From contig OY729428.2 in the NCBI GenBank assembly GCA_963422375.2, positions 2,528,001 to 2,592,000 on the forward strand: 64,000 bases of DNA. Reading direction: 5' to 3'. Positions 21,264 through 32,090 of the stretch are shown here, one piece after another. The first letter of the stretch is position 1. Every line of letters starts with the position of its first letter. This DNA comes from Bryobacterales bacterium. GTDB taxonomy: Bacteria; Acidobacteriota; Terriglobia; Bryobacterales; UBA6623. The position numbers and the translations under genes are program-made. Under the pieces are notes generated by a model that saw only the letters and a list, made by a program, of their open reading frames with translations, searched no databases and was not told the DNA's origin.

Positions 21264-21956
21264 TCACCCGCGCCACGTGCGCGTCCAAACCCGCCGTCGC
21301 GGCCGCGTCAGGACGATGAGCACTCCCGCCACGAACCCTCCGATGTGCGCCCACCACGCCACGCCCCCGCCCGCCCCGCCGCCGGTCCCGCTGTATACCT
21401 GAATCGCGAACCAGTAGGTCAGCATCAGGAAGGCCGGAAGCTCCACGGTGGTCCAGATGATGACGATCGGGAGCAGCACACTGACGCGGGCGCGCGGAAA
21501 TCGGATCAAGTACGCTCCCATGACGCCCGCGATCGCCCCGCTGGCGCCGACCATCGGGATGTTCGACCCGAAGTCCGCAGCGTACTGCGCGAGGGCCGCG
21601 GCGAATCCGCAGGCGATGTAGAAGAGCAGGAAGGTCAGGTGGCCCAGCTCGTCCTCCACGTTGTCGCCGAATATCCACAGGAACCACACGTTTCCGAGCA
21701 GGTGCAGCCACCCGCCGTGCAGGAACATCGAGGTCAGGAAGGGCAGCAGTCCGCCGACCACAGGGCCGGTCAGCGTGAGCGCCCCGCTGACGCGCTCGGG
21801 AATCAGCGCGTACGCCCCGACGAAGGCCATCTCGGTCGGAGGCGACTCGAACCAGAGGGCGAACTGGTAGATGTACACGACGACGTTCGCGGCAATCAGC
21901 AGGCCCGTGACGACCGGAACAGTCAGGCGCGGCGCGTCGTCCCGAAGCGGAATCAT
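21264..21956 (-). CDS. Rhomboid family intramembrane serine protease
   Basis: MIPLRDD start, SMFLHGGWLHLLGN, GDNVED, VGASGAIAG, VAWWAHIGGF. Confidence 0.93.
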   Translation of the reverse strand: MIPLRDDAPRLTVPVVTGLLIAANVVVYIYQFALWFESPPTEMAFVGAYALIPERVSGALTLTGPVVGGLLPFLTSMFLHGGWLHLLGNVWFLWIFGDNVEDELGHLTFLLFYIACGFAAALAQYAADFGSNIPMVGASGAIAGVMGAYLIRFPRARVSVLLPIVIIWTTVELPAFLMLTYWFAIQVYSGTGGGAGGGVAWWAHIGGFVAGVLIVLTRPRRRVWTRTWRG

Positions 21957-21972
21957 CCCTTGCCCCCTGCGC

Positions 21973-22926
21973 TCAACCGCCCGACCGGCGGGTCAGGAAC
22001 TCCGGCTTCGACCGGCGCTCGCCGGTCGCGATCAGGCGGCGCGCCGCCTTGATGCCGCCGATCCCACCCTGCGCTCCCAGCGCCTTGCAGTTCAGCGCTG
22101 CCATCGCGTTCGACAGTTCCAAGGCGTCCTTGATGGAGAAGTCCTTCACCACGGCGTAGCAGAATGCGCCGTGGAACACGTCACCGGCTCCCGTCGTGTC
22201 TTGGCAGTTCACAACGAAGGCCGGCGAATAATGGAACCTACCGTCCGCCAGCGCAAGGGCCCCGTAAGGTCCCAGCGTCATGGCCGCGACCCTCATCCCG
22301 TATTCCCTCTGGATCAGCTCTAGAGCTAGGAACGGATCCCGCTGGCTGGTCCATTCGACCGGAAAGTTCGTGCTGGCGATCAAATAGTCGACGTAGGGCA
22401 GAACCTGGTCGAAGCCGCGGTAGATCGTGTCCACGTCGACAGTGACAGGGATGCCGCCCTCTCGGGCGATGCGCGCCGCCCGCTCCACCGCGGCCGTGTC
22501 ATGCCCGTCGATATGCAGGAGCCTCGCGCATTGGATCTGGTCTGGGGCAATATCTTCGGGAATGATTCGGAGGCAGTCCGGCCGCTGCCACAGGATCGTG
22601 CGCTCCCCGGTGGTCTGGTCGATCACGATGTATGCGGACTGGTTCGGGCAGTCACGCCGGAGCTGGACGTGGGAGATGTCGATGCCTGATTGCTCCAAGC
22701 TCTGCATCAATATGCGGCCGCCCTCGTCGTCGCCGACGCTGCCGATGTACTTGGTCCGAAGCCCGAGCTTCACGCAAGCGACCATAGCGCTGGCCACCTG
22801 CCCCCCAGGGGACCGGATTTCCTTAACGAAGGGCGCCTTGCCCCCGTAGGCCGGGAACTGCGGAACGAGCAGGAGCGTATCCGTGGCATTCAGCCCGACT
22901 CCGACCACATCGAAGGACTTTCCCAT
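21973..22926 (-). CDS. PfkB family carbohydrate kinase (YihV/sulfofructose-kinase-like)
   Basis: GGQVASAMVA, IGSVGDD, DTTGAGDVFHGAF. Confidence 0.88.
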   Translation of the reverse strand: MGKSFDVVGVGLNATDTLLLVPQFPAYGGKAPFVKEIRSPGGQVASAMVACVKLGLRTKYIGSVGDDEGGRILMQSLEQSGIDISHVQLRRDCPNQSAYIVIDQTTGERTILWQRPDCLRIIPEDIAPDQIQCARLLHIDGHDTAAVERAARIAREGGIPVTVDVDTIYRGFDQVLPYVDYLIASTNFPVEWTSQRDPFLALELIQREYGMRVAAMTLGPYGALALADGRFHYSPAFVVNCQDTTGAGDVFHGAFCYAVVKDFSIKDALELSNAMAALNCKALGAQGGIGGIKAARRLIATGERRSKPEFLTRRSGG

Positions 22927-23147
22927 TCCCTAGCCCCTACTCTAGACCCGCCGAGCCGACAACCGCACTGCGCATGCCTGCGCTCCGACTCCGCTGGCCG
23001 TCCGCGACAGTCCTGCCCCATGTCCCGGAACCGTTGCCCCCGAGCGCCGGTGCGCAGGTCGGCGCTGGGGCTACAAGAGGCACCTTGCAACTTACCACGG
23101 ACAGCGCCGGAACGGATTCAGGCCGACCTGCTGATAAACTCCAGTAG

Positions 23148-24392
23148 GTGTCGGCAGCCGTCCACGGAAGAGCCTCGCGGACGGAATCCCCGCCCGAGGG
23201 CTGGCCGGCGCGCATTGCCGCCGTGGACGCCCTTCCGGGCGTCCAGCGCGCGAGCGCCCAAGCGGCTCGCGATCACGCCTGGCTCAATCGACAGCACCTG
23301 GAGCTCTGCCGCGTGCCCGCGCCGACCTTCCAGGAGGCCGAGCGAGCCGAGCACTTGCGCCGCCTATTTGCCCGTCTGGGACACCGACCCAAGATCGACG
23401 CTGCCGGAAACGTGGTCGTTCCGGTGGTGCATGCGGACGGCCTGCCATTCGTCGCCGTGACGGCGCACATGGACACGATCCTCGCGCCCGCCCGCCCGGA
23501 GGACATCAAGGTGGACCTCAACGGGACCATGCGCGGTCCGGGGGTCACGGATAACGGCACGGGCCTCGCGGCCTTGGTGGCGCTGGCCAAGCTGCTGATC
23601 CGCCCGCTCGTCGAAGGTCCGGCCCGCAATACCTTGCTGGTGGCGAACGTGGCCGAGGAGGGCGAGGGGAACCTTCACGGCATGCGGTACGTCGCGAGGC
23701 ACTCGCCGTACGCCGACAGCATCGACCGGTACCTAGTCGTGGACGGGGCCTCGATCAGCCATATCACCACGGCCGCCCTCGGGAGCCAGAGATTCGAACT
23801 CTTGATCGAGGGATCCGGCGGGCACAGCTGGAATGACTACGGCCGCGCGAACCCCGTCCACGCGCTGGCCCGGGCGGTCAGCCTCATGACGCAGGCGCGA
23901 CTGCCGTCGAATCCCCGCACGACGCTGAGCGTGGGCGTGATCGCCGGCGGGACGAGCGTGAACGCCATCCCCAGCTCGGCCAAAGCCAAGATCGACGTGC
24001 GCTCGGTGGACGAGTCGAGCATTCTCAAGGCAAGGCAGATCGTCGAGAATAGCGCGCGAGCGGCCGTGCTCGCCGAAAACAAGCGCGCAACGAACAGGCT
24101 GAGCCGCTTCCAGCTGCGCGAGATCGGCAGCCGGCCCGCGGCGCGCCCACTCGTGCGCAACCCGGTAGCGGACTGCTTCCTAGCCGTCGACTCGCACCTG
24201 CGCATCCCGTCCACCTTCGACTGCGCGTCAACCGACGCCAACGTGCCGCTAGCCGCCGGCGTGCCGACCGTCGCTGTCGGCTCGGGCGGCCGCGGCGGGA
24301 ACGCCCACGCCCCCGGAGAATGGTACGACCCCCAAGGACGGGAGCTGGGACTCCGGCGACTGGTCCTAGCACTCGCCTGCCTGCAGCAATGA
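23148..24392 (+). CDS. M20/M25/M40 family metallo-hydrolase
   Basis: AHMDT, GPGVTDNGTG, VAEEGEGNLHG, GGHSW, GGTSVNAIP, STDAN, GNAH. Confidence 0.9.
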   Translation: MSAAVHGRASRTESPPEGWPARIAAVDALPGVQRASAQAARDHAWLNRQHLELCRVPAPTFQEAERAEHLRRLFARLGHRPKIDAAGNVVVPVVHADGLPFVAVTAHMDTILAPARPEDIKVDLNGTMRGPGVTDNGTGLAALVALAKLLIRPLVEGPARNTLLVANVAEEGEGNLHGMRYVARHSPYADSIDRYLVVDGASISHITTAALGSQRFELLIEGSGGHSWNDYGRANPVHALARAVSLMTQARLPSNPRTTLSVGVIAGGTSVNAIPSSAKAKIDVRSVDESSILKARQIVENSARAAVLAENKRATNRLSRFQLREIGSRPAARPLVRNPVADCFLAVDSHLRIPSTFDCASTDANVPLAAGVPTVAVGSGGRGGNAHAPGEWYDPQGRELGLRRLVLALACLQQ

Positions 24393-25465
24393 CGGCACCC
24401 ACTCCTCGGGGATCGAACCGGCCGCAACGCAGCCGCCTGGCGGCCACGGGCTCCGGCCGGCCCCCCGCCCCGCGCGCCGTCACGCTGGCGACGGTCGCCG
24501 CGAGCCTCGTCGCCGTCGGCGCGGCCTGCTCCACGAGCCACCGGCTCATGATCGGCGAGTCGATCCGTGTCGAACAGGACGAGGTCCTCGCGCAAGTGAC
24601 CTGCATCGCCTGCTCCATCCAAGTAGACGGAGTCGTGACCGACACCGCCGTCCTGGTGCTGGGCCGGCTGGCAATCCGCGGCGAAGTGCGGGGGACCGCC
24701 ACCGTGGTCGGCGGCACGCTGGAGTCTAGCGGCGAGATCGGCGGGGATTCCGTCGTGATCGCCGGCAACATGCGGCTCCTCGGAAGCGTCGGCGGCGACG
24801 CCATCGCCGTGCTGGGCAACATCCAGGCCGATGCGCCGGACCTGCGGGTCGACGGCAGCGTCTTCACGGTGATGGGGCGGGCGATCGGACTCTCGCCCAG
24901 CTCCGTCGGCGGCACGGTCGAGCAGGTCGGCGAGGAGCGGCTCGGCCAGCTAGTGCTGTCGGGCGTCCTGATCGCGCTGCTAATTCTGGCCGTGGTGCTC
25001 CTAGCGCTGCTCGCGGGCCTGAACATCGTGGCCTACCTCGTCCTAGGTTCGGAGCGTGTCGAGACGATCGGGCATTCACTCAACGGCAGTCCGGCCGCTT
25101 GCTTCCTTGGCGGCTTGGCCACGTGCTTCGCGCTCTTCGTGATCGGTCTCGTCGTGGCGGTGCTGCTGCCCGTCTCGCTCCCGATCATGCTGGTGTTCCT
25201 AGCGGTGTCGGTCGCGGGCTACAGCGGGCTGAGCTACTCCATCGGCCGCAACCTGCTACCGAAGTGGTCTCCTTTCGCCTCGACGGTCGCGGCCAGCGCG
25301 ATCATCATCGTGATCCAGCTCATCCCGGTGGTGGGCTGGCTGGTCATGCTCGTGCTCTGGAACATCGCGATCGGCGCGGCCGTGCTGAGCGGCTTCGGCA
25401 CGTCGAAGGACTGGCTGGTGTCCCGAGCGGAAGGCGGTGCGTGGCGGAGAGGACCGGTCCGATGA
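24389..25465 (+). CDS. Membrane protein with a bactofilin/polymer-forming-like beta-repeat N-domain and a multi-TM C-domain
   Basis: Repeated G.V.GD.V..GG units followed by about 5 hydrophobic helices (IPVVGWL); ATG overlaps the peptidase TGA. Confidence 0.72.
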   Translation: MTAPTPRGSNRPQRSRLAATGSGRPPAPRAVTLATVAASLVAVGAACSTSHRLMIGESIRVEQDEVLAQVTCIACSIQVDGVVTDTAVLVLGRLAIRGEVRGTATVVGGTLESSGEIGGDSVVIAGNMRLLGSVGGDAIAVLGNIQADAPDLRVDGSVFTVMGRAIGLSPSSVGGTVEQVGEERLGQLVLSGVLIALLILAVVLLALLAGLNIVAYLVLGSERVETIGHSLNGSPAACFLGGLATCFALFVIGLVVAVLLPVSLPIMLVFLAVSVAGYSGLSYSIGRNLLPKWSPFASTVAASAIIIVIQLIPVVGWLVMLVLWNIAIGAAVLSGFGTSKDWLVSRAEGGAWRRGPVR

Positions 25466-25493
25466 GATTCCCCGAGTCCGCACGGGACTTGCG

Positions 25494-26400
25494 ATGAGCG
25501 CGATCCATGTAGTCGGCAGCCTGAACGCCGACCACATCATCTCGGTCGAGCGGTTGGCCCGAGCCGGCGAGACCGTTTCCGGAGGCGGCCTGCGCCTGTA
25601 TTCCTGCGGCAAGGGTGCGAATCAAGCGGTGGCGGCAGCGAGGCTAGGCGGACAAGTCCGCATGATCGGCCATGTCGGCAAGGACCTGCACGGGGACTTC
25701 CTCGTCGAGAGCCTGCGCCGGGCCGGCGTGGACACTCACGGAGTGGGGGAGGCGCGACACCGAGAGCGGGTTGGCTTGGATCCAAGTCCTGCCCGGCAGG
25801 GCGAACGCCATCGTCGTCTCGCCCGGCGCCAATGCCGCGCTGACCCCGGGTACGGTCGAGACCCTGCTCGAGTCCGTCAGAGAAGGCGACTTCGTGCTCT
25901 GCCAGCTGGAGGTCCCGCTCGAGGCCGTCGAGACGGCGTTGCGGCTCGCAAGGGACCGCAACGCCACAGGCATCCTGGATCCCGCGCCAGCGCGCCCCCT
26001 CAGCGCGTCGTTCCTCGGCCTCGCCGGGATCGTCACCCCGAACGAGACGGAAGTCGCGCGACTCTTCGATACGAAGCACCTCTCCCCCTCGCTGGCTACC
26101 GTCGCGCTGCCCCTCGCCGGCACGCCCCGAGCGGTGGTCAAGAACGGCAAGGACGGCACGTGGATCTGCGACGGCGCAGGCAGCCGCCACATTCCGGCCT
26201 TCGAGGTGGAGGCGGTCGACTCGACCGCGGCGGGAGACACGTTCAACGGAGCGCTGGCCGTCACCCTGAGCGAGGGACTGAGGTTCGACGAGGCCGCGAG
26301 GTTCGCCGCAGCCGCAGCGGCGGTCTGCGTCACGCGCGCAGGGGCCCAAGCTTCCTGCCCCGCGAGGCAGGAAGTGGATGCGCTGCTCGCGGGCGAATAG
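25494..26400 (+). pseudogene. rbsK: Ribokinase, split by a +1 frameshift near 25755 (pseudogene or sequencing error)
   Basis: N-half VVGSLNAD...GKGANQAVAAARLG in one frame; C-half SGLAWIQV..NAIVVSPGAN, QLEVP, TPNETE, DSTAAGDTFNGAL in another. Confidence 0.85.
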
Positions 26401-26469
26401 GGCGCAGCCTGCAGGCGGCCATGCGGCGGGTGCCAGGGCCGTTGCTGCTACGGTAGGAGAGGTTCTTGC

Positions 26470-27882
26470 TTGCCCCGGACAAAGCCACAGACTCCCCGCG
26501 TCAGTCCTGAGTTAGTTGCCAGCCCCAACCAGCTCGAGGCGCTGGCGCGGCGCTTGGCGCAAGAGCCGCTGATTGCGTTCGACACGGAGTTCCTCTGGGA
26601 GCGAACCTACTCGCCGCGTCTCGGGCTCATCCAGGTGGCCGGCCCGGACGCGGTGTGGCTCGTTGACCCGCTGGCACTCTCGCGCCCCCAGATGGAGCCC
26701 CTGCTGGAAGTGCTGGTTGCGGCCGAAACGCTAAAGGTCGCGCACGCTATCGATCAGGACCAGATCTGCCTGCATCGCTCGTACGGTGTCGTAGCCAAGC
26801 CTGTTCTTGACACGGCGGTCGCCGCGGCCATGACCGGCATGGGGGACCAGATCGGGCTTTCGACCCTCTTGAAGAAGCTGCTGAGAGTCGACATCGACAA
26901 GGGCTACACCCGCACGAACTGGCTCAAGCGGCCGCTGCCAGCCGAGATGATGCAGTACGCGGCGGACGACGTGGTCCACCTGCCAAGGGTCGCGGACAAG
27001 CTGCTCCGGCGTCTGCGCGAACTCCAGCGCGAGGAGTGGGCTCTGGAGCTGTCGGGCCAGGCCGGAGCGTTCGCCCAAGCCCAGTTCGAGCCTCATGCAG
27101 TCGCTAGGAAGATTGCCGAGGGGCGGGGACTGGACGAGAGCACGTACGGGGTGCTGCGGGAGCTGGTCGCGTGGAGGGAGCGCGAAGCCGACCGGATCGA
27201 CAAGCCCCGGCGGTGGCTCGCCGAAGACAAGATCTTGGTTAAGCTGGCGCAGGCTCGCCCGTCGAGCGTCGCGCAGCTGGCGGACTTCCGGGGCCTGAGC
27301 GTGTCCAACCGTTCCAACGGAGCAGGCAGGGTCGTGCAAGCGATCGAGAAGGGCCTGAATGCCTCGCCTGACGGGTACAAGCGGCCCCAGCGCCAGCGGA
27401 ACCCGACCCCGAGGGAATCAGCCGCGATGGTGGTTCTGAGGTGCTTTCTGAACGCGCTGGCCGCCGACAACCAGATTCCAGTGCGCCTGCTGGTTGACAA
27501 CGGCGCCATGGTGGATCTCCTACGCGGACGATTCGAGGATGTCGCGCAGCTACGCGATTCGGGCCTCCTGGACGATCGGGTGGTCGACCTTGTCGGAGAG
27601 GACTTAGTAGCAATCCTCGGCGGGCGACGCGGCTTGCGCTTGGTCAACGGTGTGGCCACTCAGCATGACGAATCATGCGACCTGCCTCGCGCGCAGGGCA
27701 CGGACTCGCAACCAGCCGTAGGAACAACTCCCGACGGGCCGGCTGCCGACGGTGGGAAGATCGGCATCCGGGAAGTCCCGCAAGACGGTGATCGCAAGGG
27801 GAAGCCCGCGCCGCGGAGGAGGAGCGCGGTCCCGCTTACCAGAACAAATGGTTCAGGGGGCGCGCAAGCGGCAAAGGACTAG
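26470..27882 (+). CDS. rnd: Ribonuclease D (DEDDy exonuclease + HRDC)
   Basis: AFDTEFLWERTY..LGLIQVA, HAIDQD, DTAVAA, TNWLKRPL, YAADDV, WREREA...KPRRWL. Confidence 0.9.
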   Translation: MPRTKPQTPRVSPELVASPNQLEALARRLAQEPLIAFDTEFLWERTYSPRLGLIQVAGPDAVWLVDPLALSRPQMEPLLEVLVAAETLKVAHAIDQDQICLHRSYGVVAKPVLDTAVAAAMTGMGDQIGLSTLLKKLLRVDIDKGYTRTNWLKRPLPAEMMQYAADDVVHLPRVADKLLRRLRELQREEWALELSGQAGAFAQAQFEPHAVARKIAEGRGLDESTYGVLRELVAWREREADRIDKPRRWLAEDKILVKLAQARPSSVAQLADFRGLSVSNRSNGAGRVVQAIEKGLNASPDGYKRPQRQRNPTPRESAAMVVLRCFLNALAADNQIPVRLLVDNGAMVDLLRGRFEDVAQLRDSGLLDDRVVDLVGEDLVAILGGRRGLRLVNGVATQHDESCDLPRAQGTDSQPAVGTTPDGPAADGGKIGIREVPQDGDRKGKPAPRRRSAVPLTRTNGSGGAQAAKD

Positions 27883-28764
27883 GTTGTCCTGATCCAAGTT
27901 GCGCGACCAGATGAAATCGGCCCTTCCGAACTTTTCGGAATAGTTGCGGTACGCGGGCTGGTTCGTTACTGCGCTTGCAGGGTAGGTCGACGCTCCGAGC
28001 CAAGCAGAGTCGTCGAATCCGGGCTCCGCCCAGTCCTGGGGTACCGTGAAGTGAAGGGCCCGGCAGGTGGTCGGGTCGCGTTCCACGCACGGCGGACGCT
28101 CGGGGCAGGCCGATGAATCGGGGCCCGGCTTCACGCAGGAACGGTCCTCTAGAGGGCTGATGTAGAAGGCGCGGCACGTCCAGCCGGATCCGGTCTCCGT
28201 CCCGTCGCTGAACCGGGCAATGAAGCCGCCGTCTCCCACGTTCCAGCGGTCATACTCCATGCCCACTCCGAGATGCGTGCCCCAGTCCACCAGTTTCACG
28301 GCGTAGGTGAACGGGCGCTTCGCCTTGAATCGGACGACACCGGAATTGAACGGAATGAAGCCGATCGGGTCGCGCGCCACGATCGTCCCGTTGACGTACA
28401 GCTCGTAGTAGTTGTCGCCGAAGACGTACCCGGTCACTTCCTCTCCGTCCGGATCGATTACGACGGTCTCGAGATCCTCCAAGTGGGACGGGTTGTGCCC
28501 TTGGCCACTGCAATCGTTGTAGAGGTCGGTCGGATCCGGCCCCGAGGCCGGGACGGCGGGCACCTGCCTGCGCGTGCCGTCAGGGGCGGCAACGAGCCCG
28601 CAGCGCGCCTCCATGAAGCGCCGTGCACTGCCGCTGCACGACCTGGCTAGGTCGCCGCAGGAGAACGCCTCGCTCGCGAGGCCCTGCGTGACCACGCCGG
28701 CGTCATCCGCTTCCTGGGCGGTCAAGCCGCTCGAGACCAAAGCAAGGACAATCAGAAATCGCAT
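27853..28764 (-). CDS. Secreted Cys-rich hypothetical protein (beta-sandwich/lectin-like)
   Basis: Signal peptide MRFLIVLALVSSGLTA; GDNYYELYVNG, GDGGFIARFSDG, WAEPGFDDSAW, FIWSRNLDQDNLVLCR; protein-like composition. Confidence 0.72.
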   Translation of the reverse strand: MRFLIVLALVSSGLTAQEADDAGVVTQGLASEAFSCGDLARSCSGSARRFMEARCGLVAAPDGTRRQVPAVPASGPDPTDLYNDCSGQGHNPSHLEDLETVVIDPDGEEVTGYVFGDNYYELYVNGTIVARDPIGFIPFNSGVVRFKAKRPFTYAVKLVDWGTHLGVGMEYDRWNVGDGGFIARFSDGTETGSGWTCRAFYISPLEDRSCVKPGPDSSACPERPPCVERDPTTCRALHFTVPQDWAEPGFDDSAWLGASTYPASAVTNQPAYRNYSEKFGRADFIWSRNLDQDNLVLCRLRAP

Positions 28765-29319
28765 CCCTGATAGTGTGACAGAACACCATGCCAGCCTAGT
28801 ACGTGCCCCGCTCCGGGTTTCCGGGCTAGCCATTTGCCTGCAACACGACGCCCGGGCAGGGACTGCAGGAAGCCACTGACACGCTACTTGGCGGGCGCGC
28901 GCAAAGGGACCGGGAGCTAGGCTCGCGCGCCGAGCCGGCTCGGACATCCCGTGATCGTCTGCGATGCCCTAAGCGGGTTGACACCGGCGGATCGTGTGAC
29001 GCGCACCAGCGGCAAGTGTGCCGGGCACGGAACAGCCGGGGCCGATTTCGATGCCGCTGACATGCTTGTACCCCTCCAACGGCCCCGTCGCGCCACTTCG
29101 ATGCCCAGGACTAGGGCTCCGGTCTATCTGTCCCCGACTCAAACCCGCTACGGGACCAATCAGACGGTCGGCATTCTGCCGATCCCGGAGATTGGCTTGT
29201 GAAATGAGAATCCTCCGCCGGTCGGGGACTCGCTCCCCACTTTCAACGCCGGGCGGTCTCGGGCTGCCAAGAACTACCACATCATAGTCAGCCAACCTTC
29301 ACCTTTGCATGGTTTAGAT

Positions 29320-29397
29320 AGTGCTTGTGACAAAACCCCTGAATTCTGGCCTGATCAGCATTTCATACTACATCCTGATGTCCGATGGATCTCCAAA
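29320..29397 (+). repeat. 78-bp truncated copy of the MITE end at 56951-57028
   Basis: 76/78 identical to 56951..57028; begins AGTGCTTGTGACAAAACCCCTGA; similarity stops where the IS1182-like end begins. Confidence 0.9.
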
Positions 29398-29605
29398 GAG
29401 CCTTTTGCAAAATTCAGAAAAGAGGGCTGACCGCCCCATGAACGACTAGTTTCCGGGCTGTTATTCTCGCCGAAAAAGACCCCCTTCAGCTGGGCTTGCT
29501 CCGCTGCGGGGCGCTCCTGCGAGGAGCGGCCCCGTGCAGGCGCAGCTCTCCCGGCCCGGCCCTGCGGGCGGGCGCTCTGCCCGGCCGTCCCGGCGGCCCG
29601 GGCTC

Positions 29606-30753
29606 TCACAGCGCCAGGCGCAGGAGCTGCTCCACCGTCAGCGCGAGCACGCCGAACAGGAGGTGGCACAGCACCTTGCCGCGGCCGCGGACGCGCACGC
29701 AGCGCCCGCCGAAATCGTCCTTCAGGCGGCCGTTGACACGCTCCACCGTCGAGCGCTCGCGGTAGCGCAGCTTGGCGGGATCCGCCCGCCCGGCGCTGCG
29801 CAGCGCCTTGGCCTCCCGTTCCAGATCCGCCTGCAGCTCCGTCCGGCCGCGCGGGTTGACAGCGATGAGCGGCACGTGCCCGAGCCGCTCGCTGAAGGCC
29901 CGGATCCCGGCCGCGTCGTACGCGCTGTCCATCCGGTCGTACAGGTTGTCGACGCGGCCCGCGGTCCGTGTCGCCAGCGGGATCGCGGCCTGATCGCGGC
30001 CTGGCTGTCGTGCAGCGAAGCCGCGGTGAGCAGGCAGCTGACCGGGATCCCGCCGTCGATCGCGTCGATAGGCAGCTTGTAGCCGCGCCAGCTGACGGTA
30101 CGGCCCTTGGCGTTGCGCTTGGTGCCGGTATCGCAGCCCTGCGGCAGGTCGTGCAGCATTGCTTCGAGATTCATGTCGGGCTGCCGCGCCAGTCGGCGCG
30201 GAGCGGGCGGCCGCTGCTCGCCCTTGCGAGGGCGCCCGCGCTTGCGTTTCGGCTCCGGTTCCGGCGCGGGCTTCCCGGCGGGCCGCTCGCGGCCCTCGAT
30301 GGCGGTCGAGTCGCGGGAGACGTGCCCTGCCAAGTGGCCGTCGAGCGTCCGCGCGAGCAGCGCCTCGTGCAAGCGTCCGGGCAGTTCGCCGGCGGCGAAC
30401 TCGGCGCAGGCGCGCGAGAAGGTTGCCTCGCCGGGCACGGCCCCGGCCAGGTCCCGGCCGCACAGTCGGCGCAGGGTGCGATCGGTCTGCAGGCGCTCGA
30501 CCGGCGAGCGCGTAGCGGGCTGGTCGAAGACGACCTTGGCGATGAAGGCGCGCGCCATGGCGGCGCGGCTTGCGAGGGGGCGGCCGCGGCCGCCCTGCCC
30601 GACGGGCAGGCAGTCCTCGACCTGCGCCAGTTCCACCGCTTGGACGAAGCTGCGGCAGCGCTCGCCGAGGGGGCCGAGTTCCTGCTCGAGCCAGGGGAAC
30701 AGCCCCTGCTGGAACGTGAACCAGTACGCGGATACGGTTTCTATCAAGGACAT
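29606..30753 (-). mobile_element. IS1182/IS5-like DDE transposase, frameshifted
   Basis: RAFIAK, LRRLCG, EATFSRA, SRDSTAI, WRGYKL, ASLHDSQ, MDSAYDA, ERSTVERVNGRLKDDFGG; an 11-bp tandem duplication at 29981-30002 breaks the frame; probable end GAGCCTTTTGCAAAATTC at 29398. Confidence 0.85.
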
Positions 30754-30795
30754 ATTCGTTGAATCCTGCCAGCTGTTTACTAGGCTTGCATTACA

Positions 30796-30825
30796 ATAAT
30801 AGCACGGAGGGCAAGGGATTGTCAG
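30796..30825 (-). promoter_or_regulatory. Putative sigma70 promoter of the IS1182-like transposase
   Basis: Minus strand CTGACA-N18-TATTAT with extended -10 TG, about 43 bp upstream of the ATG. Confidence 0.5.
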
Positions 30826-32090
30826 GAAACTCAAAACGCAGACAAGCCATTAAAACTACATTTACTACAGTTCTATTTCATTTATTATATCGCCCATTCA
30901 ACTCCGAAGTGCGACACGCGCCGAGCCACAAGGTGGCAGGGAGGGGAGAGGGGGGCAGCGACCGGTGGTGTCGCGGCAGTAGGCTGGTAGGTGCTGGAAG
31001 GAGCAGGGAGGCAGATGCCGAAGAGCTACACGCACGTGACGAAGGAGGAGCGCTGCCGGATCGAGACGCTGCGGGCGGCGGGCTGGGGAGCGGACAGGAT
31101 CGCCGGGCAGCCGGGCCGCAACCGGGCCACGATCTACCGGGAAGTGAGCCGCAACGGCCGACCGGCGGAGGGCGAGCGCGCGGCGAGCTACAGCTTGGGG
31201 AGCGCGCGGGAGCGCGCGGAGCGGCGGCGGCGCGCGGCGTCGTGCCGGCCGCGCCAGCTGACGTCGGCGCTGCGGGCGCGGAGCGAGGACTGCCTGCGGC
31301 AGGACTGGAGCCCGGAGCAGGAGCCCGGAGCAGGTCGCGGCGCGGCTGAAGCGGGAAGGGGCGCTGGAGATCAGCCCTGAACGGATCTACCAGCTGGTGC
31401 GCGCGGACCGGCGGCAGGGGGGCCGGCTGTACCGGCACCTGAGGCAGGGCGGCCGCAAGCGCGTGCGGCGGGTCGGCCGGACGGCGGGCCGCGGCCTGAT
31501 CCCGGGGCGCGCGGACATCGCGGAGCGCCCGGCGGAGGCGCGAGCGAAGGCGCGCGGCGGCGAGCGGGAGGCCGACACCGTGATCGGCGGGCAGCGCCGC
31601 GGGGCGCTGGTGACGCTGGTGGACCGGTTCTCTAAGTACCTGCTAGTGCAGCCGGTTAGCCGGCGCACGGCGCGGCTGGTCGGGGCGGCGATGACGGCCA
31701 TGCTCGCAGGCAGCGGGGCCGTGACGCGCACGATCACGGCCGACAACGGCAAGGAGTTCGCGGGGCGCCGGGAGGTGGCGCAGCGGCTGGGGGCGGGCTT
31801 CTGCTTCGCGCGGCCCTGCCACTCCTGGGAGCGCGGGCTGAACGAGCATGCCAACGGGCTGCTGCGGCAGTACTTCCCGCAGGGGACGGACCTGCGGCGA
31901 GTGGACCCGGCCCGGGTGCGGGAGGCGCGGGACCGCCTGAACCGGCGTCCGCGGAAGGTGCCGGGCGGGCGCACGCCGGAGGAAGTCTTCCTGGCGGAGC
32001 GGGAGCGGGTGCCGCGGGGCTGAGGCCGGGCTGGCAGCCCGCCGCGGGGACAGGGGCGCGGGGGAGCTGCGCCCGGACAGGCGCGGATTC

